A stretch of DNA of 64,000 nucleotides from assembly GCA_030390025.1 (NCBI GenBank), contig CM059432.1:114888001-114952000 (forward strand), read 5' to 3'. Positions 1 through 14,300 of this stretch are shown here, one piece after another; position 1 is the stretch's first letter; each line of letters opens with the position of its first letter. A program made the position numbers and the translations under genes. A model generated the notes under the pieces. The model did not search any database and was not told the origin of the DNA. It saw nothing but the letters and a program-made list of their open reading frames with translations. This DNA is from Squalus acanthias. Taxonomy: Eukaryota.

Positions 1-1072
1 CTCCCCATATATTGTGATTCCATCCACATTAGAAAATCAGAATCTGCACAGCCATCGCAAAGCTAGAAAGTGGACCTCAATCCCACCAACCCAACTTTGA
101 TATGTGATGACCTACAGTGGAGACTGTTGGGAGGAGGAGTGAGGAGTTTTACAGTTTAATGCTGTTATCATGTGCTGTATATAGCTGGAGGTCAAGTAAG
201 ATTTTACCCTCCAAGGAGGATTATGGTACTTAGCTGATTACTGACTCGCAGTTATGCCTGTAAAATGCAGGATTGTCTTTAGTATTTTCCTTCTGTACCA
301 CAGAAATGATTATTTTGCTCAGAATCTTACATTCAGATTGAAGCAAATCCCCCATCTATAATAGCTTTTTCCACAACTTTCAATCTCAGAACTCTACACA
401 ATTGAGATGATATTAAAATACCGTGTAGAACATTGGTTATCAAAAGGACAATACAATTTGTTTGAAACTACAACACATAAACATTCCAGCATGTATCCTT
501 GCCCTTGTAACATATAGTGGGCTATCCACATTCCAGTCATGAGTGGTGAATTTTCTGGATCCCAAAGAAACCTCATAACCTAATAGGAGATTTTGTTTAT
601 TCCGTACATTCAGTTTTAAACCCGATATACTGATTTATATTTTTGCATTGATATATTGCTTAAAAATCGTGTAGAAAATGTGCTTTTGCATTGCAAACAG
701 CTGAGCAGTCAATTATCTAGCATTTTCTGATGTGTTTGGAGCCTAGCCAACTTTGGAAGTCATTTCAATTTAGTCACTGGCACTACACAGTGCAGCTTAT
801 CAGAAGGGTTTGCTGCTGCTGTCTCTGACAGACCAAGAATTAGCTGTTGCTGTGGAAGAACTGAACAGCCAATGATGTGGAAATCAGTAGGGGCTCCCTC
901 ATCATTGGATCTGCAGATGGGGGGAGGGGGAGGAGTGTCTACTGTCCAGATATCAGAATGCTGCTGAAAGGAGCCTACACAGCAATTACCAATAAAACAC
1001 CACTGAAGATTTTACTTTTGCTCCAAATTATATAATCACATAATTTGGATCTGACAGTGTCCATAACTATAT

Positions 1073-1782
1073 ACGGCATTACCATCGTCGTATCCCCCAC
1101 CATCAACACCCTGAGGGTCACCATTGACCAGAAACTTAACTGGACCAGCCACATAAATACTGTGGCTACAAGAGCAGGTCAGAGGCTGTGTATTCTGTGG
1201 CGAGTGTCTCACCTACTGACTCCCCAAAGCCTTTCCACTATCTATAAGGCACAAGTAAGGAGTGTGATGGAATACTCTCCACTTGCCTGGATGAGTGCAG
1301 CTGCAACAACACTCAAGAAGCTCAACACCATCCAGGACAAAGCAGCCCGTTTGATTGGCACCCCATCCACCAACTTAAACATTCACTCCCTCCACCTTGG
1401 CGTACCGTGGCTGCAGTGTGTACCATCTACAAGATGCACTGCAGCAACTCACCAAGGCTTCTTCGGCAGCACCTCCCAATAACGCGACCTCTTCCACCAA
1501 GAAGGACAAGGGCAGCAGGCTCATGGGAACACCACCACCTCCAAGTTCCCCTCCAAGTCACACACCATCCTGACTTAGAAGTATATCGCCGATCCTTCAT
1601 CGACGCTGGGTCAAAATCCTGGAACTCCCTACCTAACAGCACTGTGTGTGTACCTTCACCACACGGACTGCAGCGGTTCAAGAAGGCAGCTCACCACCAC
1701 CTTCTCAAGAGCAACTAGGGATGGGCAATAAATGCTGGCCTTGCCAGCGACGCCCAGATCCCATAAGCGAATTTTTAAAAAA
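1073..1782 (+). mobile_element. 3' fragment of a CR1/L2-group non-LTR retrotransposon
   Basis: RT C-terminal motifs (IDQKLNWTSHI, YKAQVRSVMEY, KSWNSLP) split by a frameshift, followed by a 3' UTR with AATAAA and an A/T tail. Confidence 0.85.
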
Positions 1783-2871
1783 TGTCCTGCGTGTAGGGTT
1801 AAAAGATCTTGAACATTTGGTATACACATTTTTTTTCATTTTTCGTTTCAAAACTTTTCAATTACATTTTCAATCTCACAGTAATACTGGTCAATATTAA
1901 GACTTTGACATGAAAGAAGAACAAGTTGGATAATTGAATGCTTCTCTGATGACTCAACTGGTAAGGGCACTAGCCACGATCCTTCTACTGCCTCTGCTAG
2001 AAAGCATGGTCATTAAGTGAGGACAGTATCAGGCTCTCCAGTGTTGCCACTTCCTTTCACTGTCCAAAAAACTACCAGCATTCATCATTTAGGCTCACAC
2101 ATGAAGAATGGTCACTTGGACGAAGTACTGGCACCCATGGAACCACACCAGAACTTCAGAAAAGGAGAGCAGAGAAGACATAAATCCACAAAGTTGTCAA
2201 GCTCTGTAGAGTGTTTGGACCGGAGTTCTGAGGAATGTTGTTTGTTTACATGTATGCATGTGCTCCTTAGAGTGTTTGGTGCTAGGCTGAGCTGAGCATG
2301 AGGATGGTGTTTGTAGTGATTAATGATCTTACATTGCTCCTATGAGAATCTGTCCAAGTTGAATTCTTTTCCTTCTTTTTCTGCCAATTTTCTCCCCTCA
2401 CTAAAGGTTTATACTCCTTTGTTGGGGTGCAGTTCCACGAGTGCTGATCATCTTCACTCAAACGGCCACTCCTTGTATATACATCAAGACACTGAGTGTT
2501 GCTGAAATATTCTGTCACAAGGAGCATTACAACCAAGCCCAAACCTGTCTTCACATGAGATACACAAACATTCGATAATGTGCGGAGTGGAAATGTTGGC
2601 TGATTTTCCCATCCCTAATTCAGGGGCACTGAGTCCACCTCAAATGTAGCATCTTGGTAGCCAACCCAGCTGGGACCATGAACTTGCAGTGGAGACTGCT
2701 AAAGAGTCCTCCAGGGATCTAGAAGCCCTGGCATCCCTAGCTCTCGGTGCACCTTGGCACAACAGCAGAATAGATTTAAGAGCAGCACAGAGAGGCACAT
2801 GGTGTAATCATAGTGGTAAAAACAAGCAACTGCTGTAACTATACATACACTGTCAAACCACTTTGATATGA

Positions 2872-5034
2872 ACATAGTAATACAGGAACATAGGAACAGG
2901 AGGAGGCCATTCAGCCCCTCGAGCCTGTTCCGCCTTTCAATTAGATCGCGGCTGATCTGTATCTTAACTTCATCTATCCGTCTTGGTTCTGTGACGCTTA
3001 ATACCCTTGCCTAACAGAAATCTATCAATCTCAGTTTTGGAATTTTCAATTGACCTACACTCAACAGCTTTTTGGGGGAGAGAGTTCCAGATTTCCACTA
3101 CCCTTTGTGTGAAGAAGTGCTTCCTGATATCACCCCTGAACAACTTGACTCTAATTTTAAGGTTATGCCCCCTTGTTCTGGACTCCCCCACCAGAGGAAA
3201 TAGTTTCTCTCTATCTACCCTATCAATTCCTTTAATCATCTTAAACACCTCAATTACATCACCTTAATCTTCTATAATCAAGGGAATACAAGCCTAGTCT
3301 ATGCAACCTGTCTTCATAATTTAACCCTATTTTGCCTGGTATCATGCTGGTGAATCTGTGCTGCACCCGCTTCAAGGCCAATATATCCTTCCTGAGGTGC
3401 AGTGCCCAGAACTGAATGCAGTATTATAGATAGGGTCTAACCAGAGCTTTATATAACTGTAACATAACTTCCACCCCTTTGTAGTCCAGCCCCCTTGAAA
3501 TAAAAGCTAACATTCCATTAGCCTTTTTAATTACTTTTTGTACCTGCGCACTAGCTTTTAGTCATTTTTGTACTTGTACCCCTAAATCTATCTGCTCCTC
3601 CACAGTTCCTAGCTTCTCACCATTTAGAAAATACTCTGTTCTATCTTTCTTGGCTCCAAAGTGGATGATCTCACACTTCCCACATTGAACTGTATCTACC
3701 AGTTTTACCCACTCACTTAATCTATCAATGTCCCATTGCAACTTTCTGCTCCCATCTACATTATTTACTGTGCCACCTAACTTGGTGTCATCAGCAAACT
3801 TGTATATACGGCTCTCTATTCCTAAATCTAAGTCATTTGTAAATATAGTGAAAAGCTGAGGCCCCAGTGCAGATCACTGGGGGACACCACCAGCCACATC
3901 CTGCCAATTTGAGTACATACCCATTCAAAGGACCTTATGGTCCCACTCATGGTGTGGAAAGAAATGATAAGACGTCTAGGGGGAAAAATTCAGTATCGCC
4001 CCGTTTGGGGCGCAATTATCGGCCGGGTGCAAAGATTAGCGCCTGGTGCTAATTATCGCCACCGACTGCAAACTTGACTTTTATCGCCCTTGGAGGTGAT
4101 TGGAGTGCTAAATCAGGCGCTACACATCTGTCTTAAGGCGCAAAGGCCGAGGAGCGAGGCGCTAACTCAGAGCGCTGGCGAAGCTCATGTGATGTCAGTC
4201 AGCAATGGAACACAGACACAATGGCCCCGGCCAGTTCTTAAAGGGGAGGGTTGATCTTGCTTTCCATCCACATCCTGCTCATTGCAGCCTTGAATCTCGG
4301 CCTGGAGAGACCTGTACATCAAATCTGCTGGAAAGAACAATGGAGAGGCCCAGGGAAAGAGCTCAGAGTGCAGCCCCCACAGTCTCTTCTAAATCGATAC
4401 AAGGAAGGGCAAATCAAAATGAACCTGCAAAGTGCTGCTCAGTACCCAAAACTCCTTCACACAGCGTTGAATCTCTCCAGAGGTCTCTCTCTCTCTCAGA
4501 ATGCGTGGTTCAAATATGTCGCCAACAAAAAAAGGCAGGAAGCGGTCGCCTTTAAATAGCGCTTCCCCCAGTCCCTTCCTGACTGCAAAACGCTCCCCTC
4601 AACCTGTCGTTGCTAGCGGCAGGCAGGAAGGCAGGGGGCGCCACTCAATATCTGCTCCAGGGCGCTACCGGGCCGTTGCGCACTCGACTGACGTCACGAT
4701 CTGCCAGCGCAGGAGATCGTGGCGGTACTGTTTAGCGCCGCCACAAAATGTCTAGTTAATTTTGCGAGTGGCGCAAACATTGCCGCGCCCAGGCACTAGT
4801 TGCTTTGCGCCCCATTAGCGCCCTCTTAAGGCGCTAACGGGAGGCACAACCAACTGAATTTTTCCCCCCTACTCTTTGTCTCCTGCCTCCTAACCAATTA
4901 CCTACCCATGTCAATAGGTTGCCTCCAATTCCTTGCACACTCAGTTTTGTTAACAGTCTCTTATGCAGGACCTTGTTGACTGCCTTCTGGAAGTCCATAT
5001 AAATAACATCCATAGACACTCCCTTATCTACCAC
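2872..5034 (-). mobile_element. CR1 LINE 3' fragment, interrupted by a MITE
   Basis: Minus-strand motifs DVIYMDFQKA and FFTQRVVEIWNSLP, with a CR1 3' tail near 2872-2930. Frames are broken. Confidence 0.9.
3979..4868. mobile_element. Non-autonomous Harbinger-like MITE
   Basis: Perfect 16-bp TIR GGGGGAAAAATTCAGT (3979-3994 / 4853-4868), CTA on both flanks, CpG-rich interior, no transposase. Confidence 0.85.
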
Positions 5035-5123
5035 ATTCAGTGTTCCAAGAATTGTCTGTTCTTAGTTTGGTTTTGTGTTTGAGAGGGTGCTTGGAGGTCA
5101 GTTTTTTAATGAGATACACAAGT

Positions 5124-5232
5124 GTGAAATTGGTCTATGCCAGTCAATGGAAAAGAAAGTCAGGTATGGTGTAAAATGGGCTGCCGATTCATTATGAACC
5201 CATTTCACGCTACTGGCATAGACCAATTTCAC
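5124..5232. mobile_element. Very short MITE-like hairpin element
   Basis: 21-bp inverted ends GTGAAATTGGTCTATGCCAGT / ACTGGCATAGACCAATTTCAC, resembling the Harbinger TIRs seen elsewhere in the window. Confidence 0.65.
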
Positions 5233-5536
5233 CCTGTAGTTTTTTCTATGAGTTCTTGCAGAATCATGCCTCCTTTAGCAGATCTCTGCTGAAACATCAT
5301 CAAGGAAAAGGACATGGTCTAGAGACTCTGGTGAAAGGGTCTTCTCTTTTTGTGTTATCTTATCCTGTATACTTCATTTCCTCTTCCTGCTCCTCCACCA
5401 TTGTAAGGACATATATGAAAATGCCCATAGTGAACCCCATGGTAAGGACTCCATAACAGAAGGGTGGTAAGCAAACGATTCCCCTGCCTGAAACTGCTGA
5501 AAGACAGCTGGCAGAATCCTTTCAGGCTGCAAGCTG

Positions 5537-5808
5537 AGTGTCTAGAACTGGGGGGCATAGTCTCAGGATAAGGGGTAGGCCATTTAAGACTGAGATGAGG
5601 AAGAATTTCTTCACTCAGAGGGTTGTGAATCTTTGGAATTCTCTGCCCCAGATGGCTGTGAATGCTGAGTCTTTGAGTATATTCAAGGCTGAGATAGATA
5701 GATTTTTGGACTCATGGGGAATCAAGGGATATGGAGATCGGGCGGGAAAGTGGAGTTGAGGTCAATGATCAGCCTACTTCTGCTCTTACTTCTTATGTTC
5801 TTATGTTA
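5537..5808 (+). mobile_element. CR1 LINE 3' end
   Basis: SRTGGHSLRIRG...FFTQRVVNLWNSLP followed by a (TTCTTATG)n tail. Confidence 0.9.
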
Positions 5809-6534
5809 TGTAAAATCACTTCAATCGGAGCTGCTGCTTCAGACAAGTTTTCTGGACATTCAAAGCCTGTGAACTCAACCAATTCCTGGTTAACTAGTAC
5901 TGCAGTGAAATTACCCCTTTGTTCTACAAGCTTAACGTAAGTCAGGTGCAATTCTGGTGTAAATGGCTGAATTTCTGGGTCTGCAGCTTTGCCCTCATTA
6001 TCCTGTCATTTTCATACAGACACCACTTTGAGGGTGGGCTAATCTTCTGCCAAGAGCCAATTCTACTGGAATTTAGTGGGTATTTTAGAATGGGAGTAAC
6101 TCTGGCGTATCTGACACACACCTCAAATTCCAGTCCCTTATGGCAAATCTACATCACTTTTACATCAAAAAAATTAGCATTTCAGATTCATAATTTATCT
6201 ATCTGTATAGATACATAAACAACATTGGGTAGTAAAGTATGCTGGTTTATAACAGAAATATTATGCCACTAATTTACATGACTGAATAAGTCAAATTGCA
6301 TTCTTATTACTTGGTGTTCTGGGGTTTAGTAACATGAGATAAGTCCTGGTAACACTGGTGGTAAGGTCCCAGGTTACAACAGCATGGTGAGGCATTCTGC
6401 CCTCCCCATAACCTGTGTCCATCCCAATCCGTTCCTGATCTCTTAGGTCAATGCCTACCCTGAAGCTGCTTTTCAGCACCATATGTGTTTTGTATTGTAT
6501 TTGATGACTATAATTGTGATTACAATTATGAAAT

Positions 6535-6800
6535 TACATAGAAATTCGAAACGGAAACAGACTGTTTGGCCCAATCAGTCCATGTTGGTGTTTATCCTCC
6601 ACACAAGCAGTATTCTAATCTCATGTGCCTGCCCTGTTCCCATATCCCATAATCCAAAATTTGTACCTTTCCCATAATTCCATGCACCCTTAATCTTCTC
6701 CAATAGCCTCCTGTGTGGTACCTTGTCAAAGGCTTTATGAAAGTCTGTGTACACCATATCCCCTGCATTTCCCCTATTCACCGTATGTGCCACCTCCTCT
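6535..6800 (-). mobile_element. Internally deleted CR1 fragment
   Basis: [19 protein letters not shown] motif joined to a CR1-like 3' tail. Confidence 0.7.
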
Positions 6801-7848
6801 TATCTTATATAATTAAAAAAAACATATTCCAATTTTCCCAGTAAAATTCCTTATCATTTTGCACAGCTGCAACGTGAGACCAGATGAAATAAAAATCATG
6901 TTGAATCAGACATTGAAATTATGGCACTTTGTACTTTTTTAAAGAAATAGTATGTTCTTTGGTGCACAGAATCTGCAATCTGCCGTGTGCAGCTTAAATT
7001 TGGCTCGCACTATTTGCCTGTATATACACATATATTTTGCACTTCACCTTCAGATACACAGTATAAAGCACATATTGTACTCAAAATAAACTTTGTACTG
7101 GGAATGGGTTGAGTGCAGGCCAAATCGTAAAGTCAGGTCAGGCCTTGCAGGCAAGAAACACCATCACGGTAGTCCAGGGAAGATCGGGTGTACTGGGAAC
7201 AAGGCAGGGTAGGCCGAGAATGGAGTGTAGTAGTTTGGGTTAGACCAGGCAAACTGCAGGTGAGCCGGGCAATAACTTACTAATTGATTACATTTTGACA
7301 GTGAATAATCTTAACTGAACAATTTACTAATCAGACGAAAGTGCAACATAGAAATTGACGTTATGTTTAGGCTTCAAAGGCGCACAGCGAACCACATATG
7401 AACAATTCACTGGGAGCAATATCAGTTAATCTATCTATCATTCTAGCTGCTGAGCTATCACTGTAATACAGCAAATTTACTAAAGGAATGCATCACATGA
7501 CTAATTCAAGGTGAAATCATTACATAACTTATGATACAGAAAGATGCAGGGGGAGAAATTGGCTAACCCCTGAAAACAGGCACGGGGATCGTGGTACGCA
7601 ATTAACCCGCGCCCGTTCATTTAGTTATTAGGTAAATTCATGCTGCCTGCTTATTTACATGATTGCTGCGTGCAGCCAACACTACCTGCGCTGTTCATTG
7701 GCTGCACACATCAGCAGGGGGCCAGATATCGTGAGTGGCTACCGCTACTTAAAGGCAGCCTGCCCCTCTTAAAGGGGAGGTGCATTGTGGCTGCAAGAAG
7801 TTGTTGGAGTCATTTGAAAACTGAATCTGGGCTCTGATACTTTGAGCA

Positions 7849-10023
7849 ATGGCTGAGCATGCAAGAAACCGTGCACCAAGGTTCTCAGACACTGCACTGG
7901 AGGTCTTCGTAGAAGAGGTAGAGAGAAGGAGAGACGTCCTGTATCTGCAAGGGGGCACGAGGCCCTCCAGACAGATGCTCAGGAGGTAGTGGGAACAAGT
8001 AGCGGCAGAAGTCAATGCCAGGAGTGTTGCCCCAAGAACCTGGATGCACTGCTTAAGAAGATTATGATCTCACACGAGTTGTCAAGGTCAGAGTGTTCAC
8101 CTTCAAATGGCATATCCTACCAACTACACCACTAGTCTCATCCACTGCTCAATTCATTATACCCCCATCACCCATCAATCTCTATCAATCAGTGCTCAAC
8201 TCTAACATTCATGTTTTACCTTACCCTCACACACTTAGCACTGTTTCAAGGCTCATACTCACAGCTCACGCACACTGGCAGCTATTCATCCATGACAGCC
8301 ACATCACCCAAACATATTGCAGGACACTCACTTACACACTTGCCTCTATTTTGCAGGAGAAGGTGCCACATAACAAGAGGCATCAGCAAAGAACTGGAGG
8401 AGGACAAGCACGCCTGCATGTTTTAACCCCAATGGAGGAGACAGTGCTGGCCATCATGGGAAGTGGCATCGCTGAGGCCGTGGGCACTGATGCAATCGAT
8501 GGTGAAGGTATCTGCATACCTAGTCCTCCTACTCCCATCCCATTCTCCCTTATCCCTCAATCTCTTCCAACTTAGAAGCTGCAGATGGTGTAAGCACACA
8601 CTTCTTACTTTCTCCTCTCCCCTCACCACAACCCAAGCCGAGTCCCTTTTTCATTTCAGATACACAACTGGAACCTTTCCAGTCAATGGAGGAAGAGGAA
8701 GAAGACAGTGAAGACAGTGAGAGATTGAGCCTATACTCTCTGGAGTTTATAAGAATGAGAGGTGATCTCATTGAAACATATAAGATTCTGAGTGGGATTG
8801 ACAGGGTAGATACTGGTAGGCTGTTTCCCCGGCTGGAGAGTCTAGAACTAGGGGGCATAGTCTCAGGATAAGGGGTCAGCCATTTAAGATGAGGAGGAAT
8901 TTCTTTACTCAGAGGGTTGTGAATCTTTGGAATTCTCTACTCCAAAGAGCTGTGGATGCTGAGTCGTTGAGTTTCTTCAAGACTGAGATAGATAGGTTTT
9001 TGGACTCTAGGGGAATCAAGCGGGAAAGTGGAGTTGAGGTCGAAGATCAGCCATGATCTTACTGAATGGCCGTATGGCCTACTCCTGCTCCTAATTCTTA
9101 TGTTCTTATGTAAGATGAAGAGACACTGTCACTCGATCTTACACTCGCACCCACCGGCTCAGACACTGACACTGCGCATATTTTAGAGTCTAGGATAGAG
9201 GAGGGGTCAGCATGCGGTGAGACACTGGGCACAAGTACGCAGGAGCCAAGGCAGGGGGAAAAGGATGGCGCAGATGCCAGCTCACTGGAGGGTGAGGTCA
9301 CACACTGGTTCTGCTGCATAGGACTCAGGTGAGGACTTTGATGGGCCAGGCTACAGAAAAAGGCTGATGAGTGTACATAACCAAATGCTTGGTGCACTGG
9401 AAGGCCTGCCAGAAAGCCTGCGCTCAATGTCAAGGAGCATGGAGAAGTCCAGCACCAACTTGGCACAGGGCTTTGTTCAGAGCTTGGAGCCCATCCAACA
9501 TAGAACGGGTGGCCACCTCCATCAGCAGACCTGTGGAACCCACCATAATGCAGTGGTGTCTGATGGCCGATGTCACAGCTTCTATTGCAGCACAGTTTCC
9601 ATCAAAGGTATGAATGCTGCAGTGATAGCTCAGAGACTGCTGCCCTCACGAGTCTGGATACCACTGTTCAAAGGGGCTTCAGGGCCTCACAGCAGTCCAT
9701 CAATTTGTTCTCCAATAGATCAGTAGGATTGCTGAGGCGCCGCCCCTGCTGCCCTCTCTCGGGATGACAGCATTCCTGCTCCCACCCCTGCCACTCCGCT
9801 AGTGTCCTTGCTGTTGCTTGTCAGCCAACCAATCCAGACTGCTGCAGCCCAGGCCGAGATGGTGCAGTGTTCTAGGTCCAGAGCTGCTCGAGGTCCGCCT
9901 CCAAGGCCATCTGCAGTTTCCTCAATTGAAAGTGAGCAGCCTTCCACCAGCTATGCTGCAGCCACTGGGGAAGCACCTCGTAGAAGCACTAGGAGAGGCA
10001 AAGGCACACGGAAGAGGCACTAA
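7849..10023 (+). pseudogene. Harbinger 1 Myb/SANT-like DNA-binding gene, three exons, disrupted
   Basis: MAEHARNRAPRFSDTALEVFVEEV...W...RTW (exon about 7849-8086), EKVPHNKRHQQRTGGG (8357-8507), and a third exon from 8660 ending EAPRRSTRRGKGTRKRH*. GT-AG introns, internal stops and a CR1 insertion. Confidence 0.8.
8720..9110 (+). mobile_element. CR1 3' fragment inserted in the Harbinger 1 Myb gene
   Basis: LYSLEFIRMRGDLIETYKIL motif and a (TTCTTATG)n tail. Confidence 0.9.
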
Positions 10024-10212
10024 GGGAATGAACAAAGGTGATTAGTTTATTTTTTGTATGATTATGTCATGTTTGAATTTATAAATTTTGATTTGGATTG
10101 GAATGTGCATTTTCTGGTGGTTTTTATTTTTGTGTTGGTGAAAAGAGCACGATGTGATGGTCAGTGATAAAGGAAAGGTAAGGAGTGTGGGACTGTTGGT
10201 GAATGGGGAGGT

Positions 10213-11367
10213 GTAGTTGAGATTACTGATATCGCTCATTAATTATTCCATTATGTAGAGCCCAGATATAAAGGGGCTGTCTACGTTGTAGCCTCCCTCT
10301 TCCTGTTCCTCCACTTCCTGTTGCATTTCCTCCTCCTCCTCCTGCTCCTCACCTTCTCGCCTGATGGGTGGTGGCAAGGGCTGTTCCCCCATAATGGCAA
10401 GGTTGTGCAGCATGCAGCATACTACCACAAATCTTGATACCTGCTCAGCCGAGTACTGCAGAGCTCCTCCAGAGCAGTCCAGGCAGCGGAAGCATTGCTT
10501 GAGGGCGCCGATGGTGTGCTCTGTAATGTTCCGTGTGGCAGCATGGCTCTCATTGTACGCTTGCTGTGCACGTGTGCATGGGCTCCGGACTGGAGTCATG
10601 AGCCATGTCATGAGTGGATAACCCTGTCGCCCAGTAGCCAGCCTTTGACTTGCCATGGTGGGTCAAATACAGGTGGCACAGAAGACTGCCGCAGAATGAA
10701 GCAATCATGACTACTTCCAGGATAAAGGGCATTCAACTGCATGATGAGCTGCCTGTGGTCACAAACCAGGTGCACACTGAGGTGGTGGAATCCCTTTTGG
10801 TTCATAAAAATGTCAGAGTTAACATGAGGCGCACGCAAGGCAATGTGAATGCAGTCAATGGCACCCTGCACTATGGGGAAGTCTGCAATCCGTGCAAACC
10901 CTCGTGCTCTCTCCGCTTGACTCTGGCAAGGAGGAATGAGATGAAGCTGTCTCTCTTTGTATAGAGAGTCTCAGTGACCTCCCTTATGCAGCAGTGTACT
11001 GCAAACTGTGAGATGTTACTTATATCTCAAGCAGCAGCTTGGAAGGAACCAGATGGATAAATGTTAAGAGCCACAGTCACCTTGACAGCCATAGGCAATG
11101 CGGTCCTTGCCCTGCTTTGAGGTTGCAGTTGTGGCTGCAGCAGTTGGCAGATCTCACTTTAGTGAAGCGAAGACATTGCAAGCATTGGTCCTCATTGAAG
11201 TTGAGGTAAGAGAATTGCTCCCTGAAGACCCTCAGTGAATATGGCCTCCTGCTGAAAGCCCATCTCCTCCTCCTCCCTCTTCTAGCAGCTTGTCCTGCTC
11301 TACGTGGCCTCTGTTTATTCTCTTAGTCATGCTCAATTCTAAGAGGAAGGCCCATCAGGCTACCCAT
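10213..11367 (-). pseudogene. Harbinger 1 transposase (HARBI1-like DDE), frameshifted
   Basis: GAIDCIHI, PGSSHD, WLLGD, YNESHAATRNITEHTIGALK and CCMLHN motifs spread over several frames. Ends are approximate. Confidence 0.88.
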
Positions 11368-14300
11368 GTCTGGAAGCAACTTGTTTCAGCACAAGTTTTT
11401 AAATCAACAAAAAAATACTTCAGCACCAGCCAGACCACTCTCTGTAGACTATTGAAATTTTAGGCAACTATAGGAAAGTTCCAAAAATTTACCAGCAGCC
11501 ATAAGAAATAGTCCAGTAACTAACCTGTAAGTAGTTCATGATCCCTTTATGGAGCATTGGTGGGGGGGGGGAGGTCCTTCATACCGTTTAACATCATGTT
11601 CAGTTGTGCGAGTTTAAGACAGGGCATAGGCTGAAGCGTGGCGTTTGAAAATGGCAGCATTGGCGTCAAATCAGCATTGCACAGTCATTGACATCATAAT
11701 CTGCCTGCTCTGTATGCTGCCGGCAGTCGTTAGATGCACGCGCAAACCCCTTTACCAAGATGGCGTCCTGCACACTTCCCATCGGAAGTCTGTACGTGCA
11801 TCTCGGATGCCATTTTTGACCATTAGAAAGCTGTGCAGCGCCTAAAAAATGAGGGCTACAGAGCCCTCTTTCTCCCCCACAGGGCCCTTGAAGATGTAAA
11901 ATTTCCAATGCTACTTCCACACCACTTTATATAACTTGCTTAAGATATTCTAGCTTTCTCAAATCTCTTTCTACCAATTGTTTACATTGTAAAATATTTA
12001 TTGTTCTATCTGCCACAGTGGATTTGCAGTATTTGCTTAAGTTGTGAGTGTTTTACTTATTAGTTTACTTTTTCCTCCTCAAAATCTTCCTATGTTATTC
12101 ACATGATTATAAAAGATGACATGGAAATTCTGACGTGCCCATTTTTGACCGCGAAGGGAATGGTCTCTGCGTCCCCGAAGTGGGGACGACCAGGTCGGGA
12201 AGTAGTGGCGACGATCAGCTGAGGGAGTGGCAGTGGCGATCGGTGGGGAGGGTGATAGACGCAAGCTGGCAGTGGCCTTTGAAAGTGGGGTTGGGAGGAG
12301 CACTCTTGCTCCCCCAGGCTCCACATTCAGGTAAGTATATTTTAAAATCTGAACTTGTTGATTGTGGTCTGCAGTGGTTCCTTTAAGAACCACTTGTTAG
12401 GCCGCATGTAAGCCAGCGCTGGGTGCCTCAGAGTAAGCCAATCTTGCAGTGGGGGCTTCAAACAGTTGTTCAGTCCTTTATTTGCATATGCAAAGGTTCT
12501 AATGCCTGTTTCAGGCATGGGCACTGCAAGCCAGGTTTTTTGGCCTTTACCAATAGGGCGGGTGGTGCACTTCCTGCTCGTAATGAGCGTGCTCTTCCTG
12601 CCTTCCATAATAGAGGCTTAGGAGGCTGAATTTCTTGGCCATTACTGCTTTCCCTTACTTCCTACAATGGATTTGTATTTCTTGCTAAAGTTGATGTAGT
12701 GTAGCACTGCTCGGTAAGGTTTTAAAGTGTAGAATCTCCAAAGACCAACACCGGGCCAGGTGATCATGGGTCTGGTTAACTGACTGACTCTGGTCATAGT
12801 GTCCTCGATCTGCATCAAAGCACCTCACAGGCAATCACCTCTGGCTCTAGATCTACATGTTCTTCTTAAATCATCTTAATTGTTTCACTCTTCTAACACC
12901 AGTGGAGCAGTGGAGGATTGAATAATCCAGTCAGAGCAAAGGCAAACTCATTCCACTCAAGAGGACATCATAAAGATACAGTTTTGCAGCTAAACACACA
13001 GGACTCAGGCAGTGGCTGACAGCTTCAATCACATGACTACGCGCTGCTGCCAGATTGGACAGTGTTGCTAATCACTTGTTCAAGGCTGGGGATGATGTTG
13101 GACTCGGGATGGAATGAGTAAAGTGCAGAACTGAGAAAAAGTTGAGAATAAGAAATAACCAAAATACCTGTACAAGCAAACCAAATGTGAGAAAGAAGAT
13201 TAAACAGAAAGAAACATAGTAATAGAGCAATAAAGTGACCAAACAATTATCTGCAAGACAGCGAGCAGACTTCAAAAGTAATTCTTTGGCTGTATAGTCC
13301 TTTGGGATATCCTGAGGATGTGAAAGCCGCTTTATAAATGCAAATTTGTTATTTATTTCTTAATAAAATGTAAAATAAACAGGCTGTAGCTACAATAGAA
13401 AAGACTCTTGCACCATTCCCAAGCAGCAACCTTCTCATCGGGCTTCAAAGTGCTACATATTGATTTATTAGGATTTCACCCTTAGGGATTATATTGGGAC
13501 AAATGTTGCTGGAGTGGGGCATGCCCCATTAGACTTGTTTGTGCAAGGTTAGGTTTTATAAAATTTTGCCCACAAAGTTTCTGGAAGTGCGAGCTGTTAA
13601 CGGTGCGGCGAGGGCAACAGGCCATCTGGGACCTTGGTGAACAACATGACAGTGTATCTCCACAACCAGTGAGATTAAAAGATTGAGAAATAAACACAGG
13701 AACGACTGAGAAGGAGGGTGAATTCAATGTCAAATCAGGTATAGAAAGAGAAATAAAGAGGGAAAGAAAGATTGGATTAAGAGAAAAAAAAGAGATAGAA
13801 AGGAAAAGTAAGAAAAAAATTTAACAATATAAAATTTCAAATTTTTTTAAGTCTCCAAAAACAATTCACAACCTGAAGAAATGAGACTCCACACTTATAA
13901 TTGTTCACTTTCTGGGCAAGAGAGGTTAATTGGCAATTAAAAGGGTACTTACCCTTTCTGTAGCGAGTTTATTGGGCAATTAATGTGCAAATGCAGTATC
14001 TTCATTAAAATCACATGGAGGTTAAGAGATGCCATTTTCACAAAGCAAATGGCTAATTGGCTAGCTAAAAGCTAACGGCAGATCTGCCAAAAATTTGTGG
14101 CGATTTGCAATTCACTGGGTATCTCTTCCTCGCTACAAGTTGCTGTCAAATTTCCGCATTAATAATGGCCTATTATCTATTAGTCAATTTTTAACCCTTA
14201 GAGTCAAAAGTTCAAACAAAATTTGCCATTGACCATTTTTATTCAGTGCTGTCACTACAATTTCAGTACAGCATAATGCAGGAGTGTAGTTCACAACCTG

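Larger units (their letters stand above)
7549..11878. mobile_element. PIF/Harbinger DNA transposon 1 (degenerate)
   Basis: TIR GGGGGAGAAA / TTTCTCCCCC enclosing a convergent Myb/SANT-like gene (+) and DDE transposase (-). Confidence 0.88.

Noticed and set aside
6472..6490. REST/RE1 half-site TTCAGCACC
   Set aside because: The right half (GGACAG) is absent, so it is not a full RE1 site.
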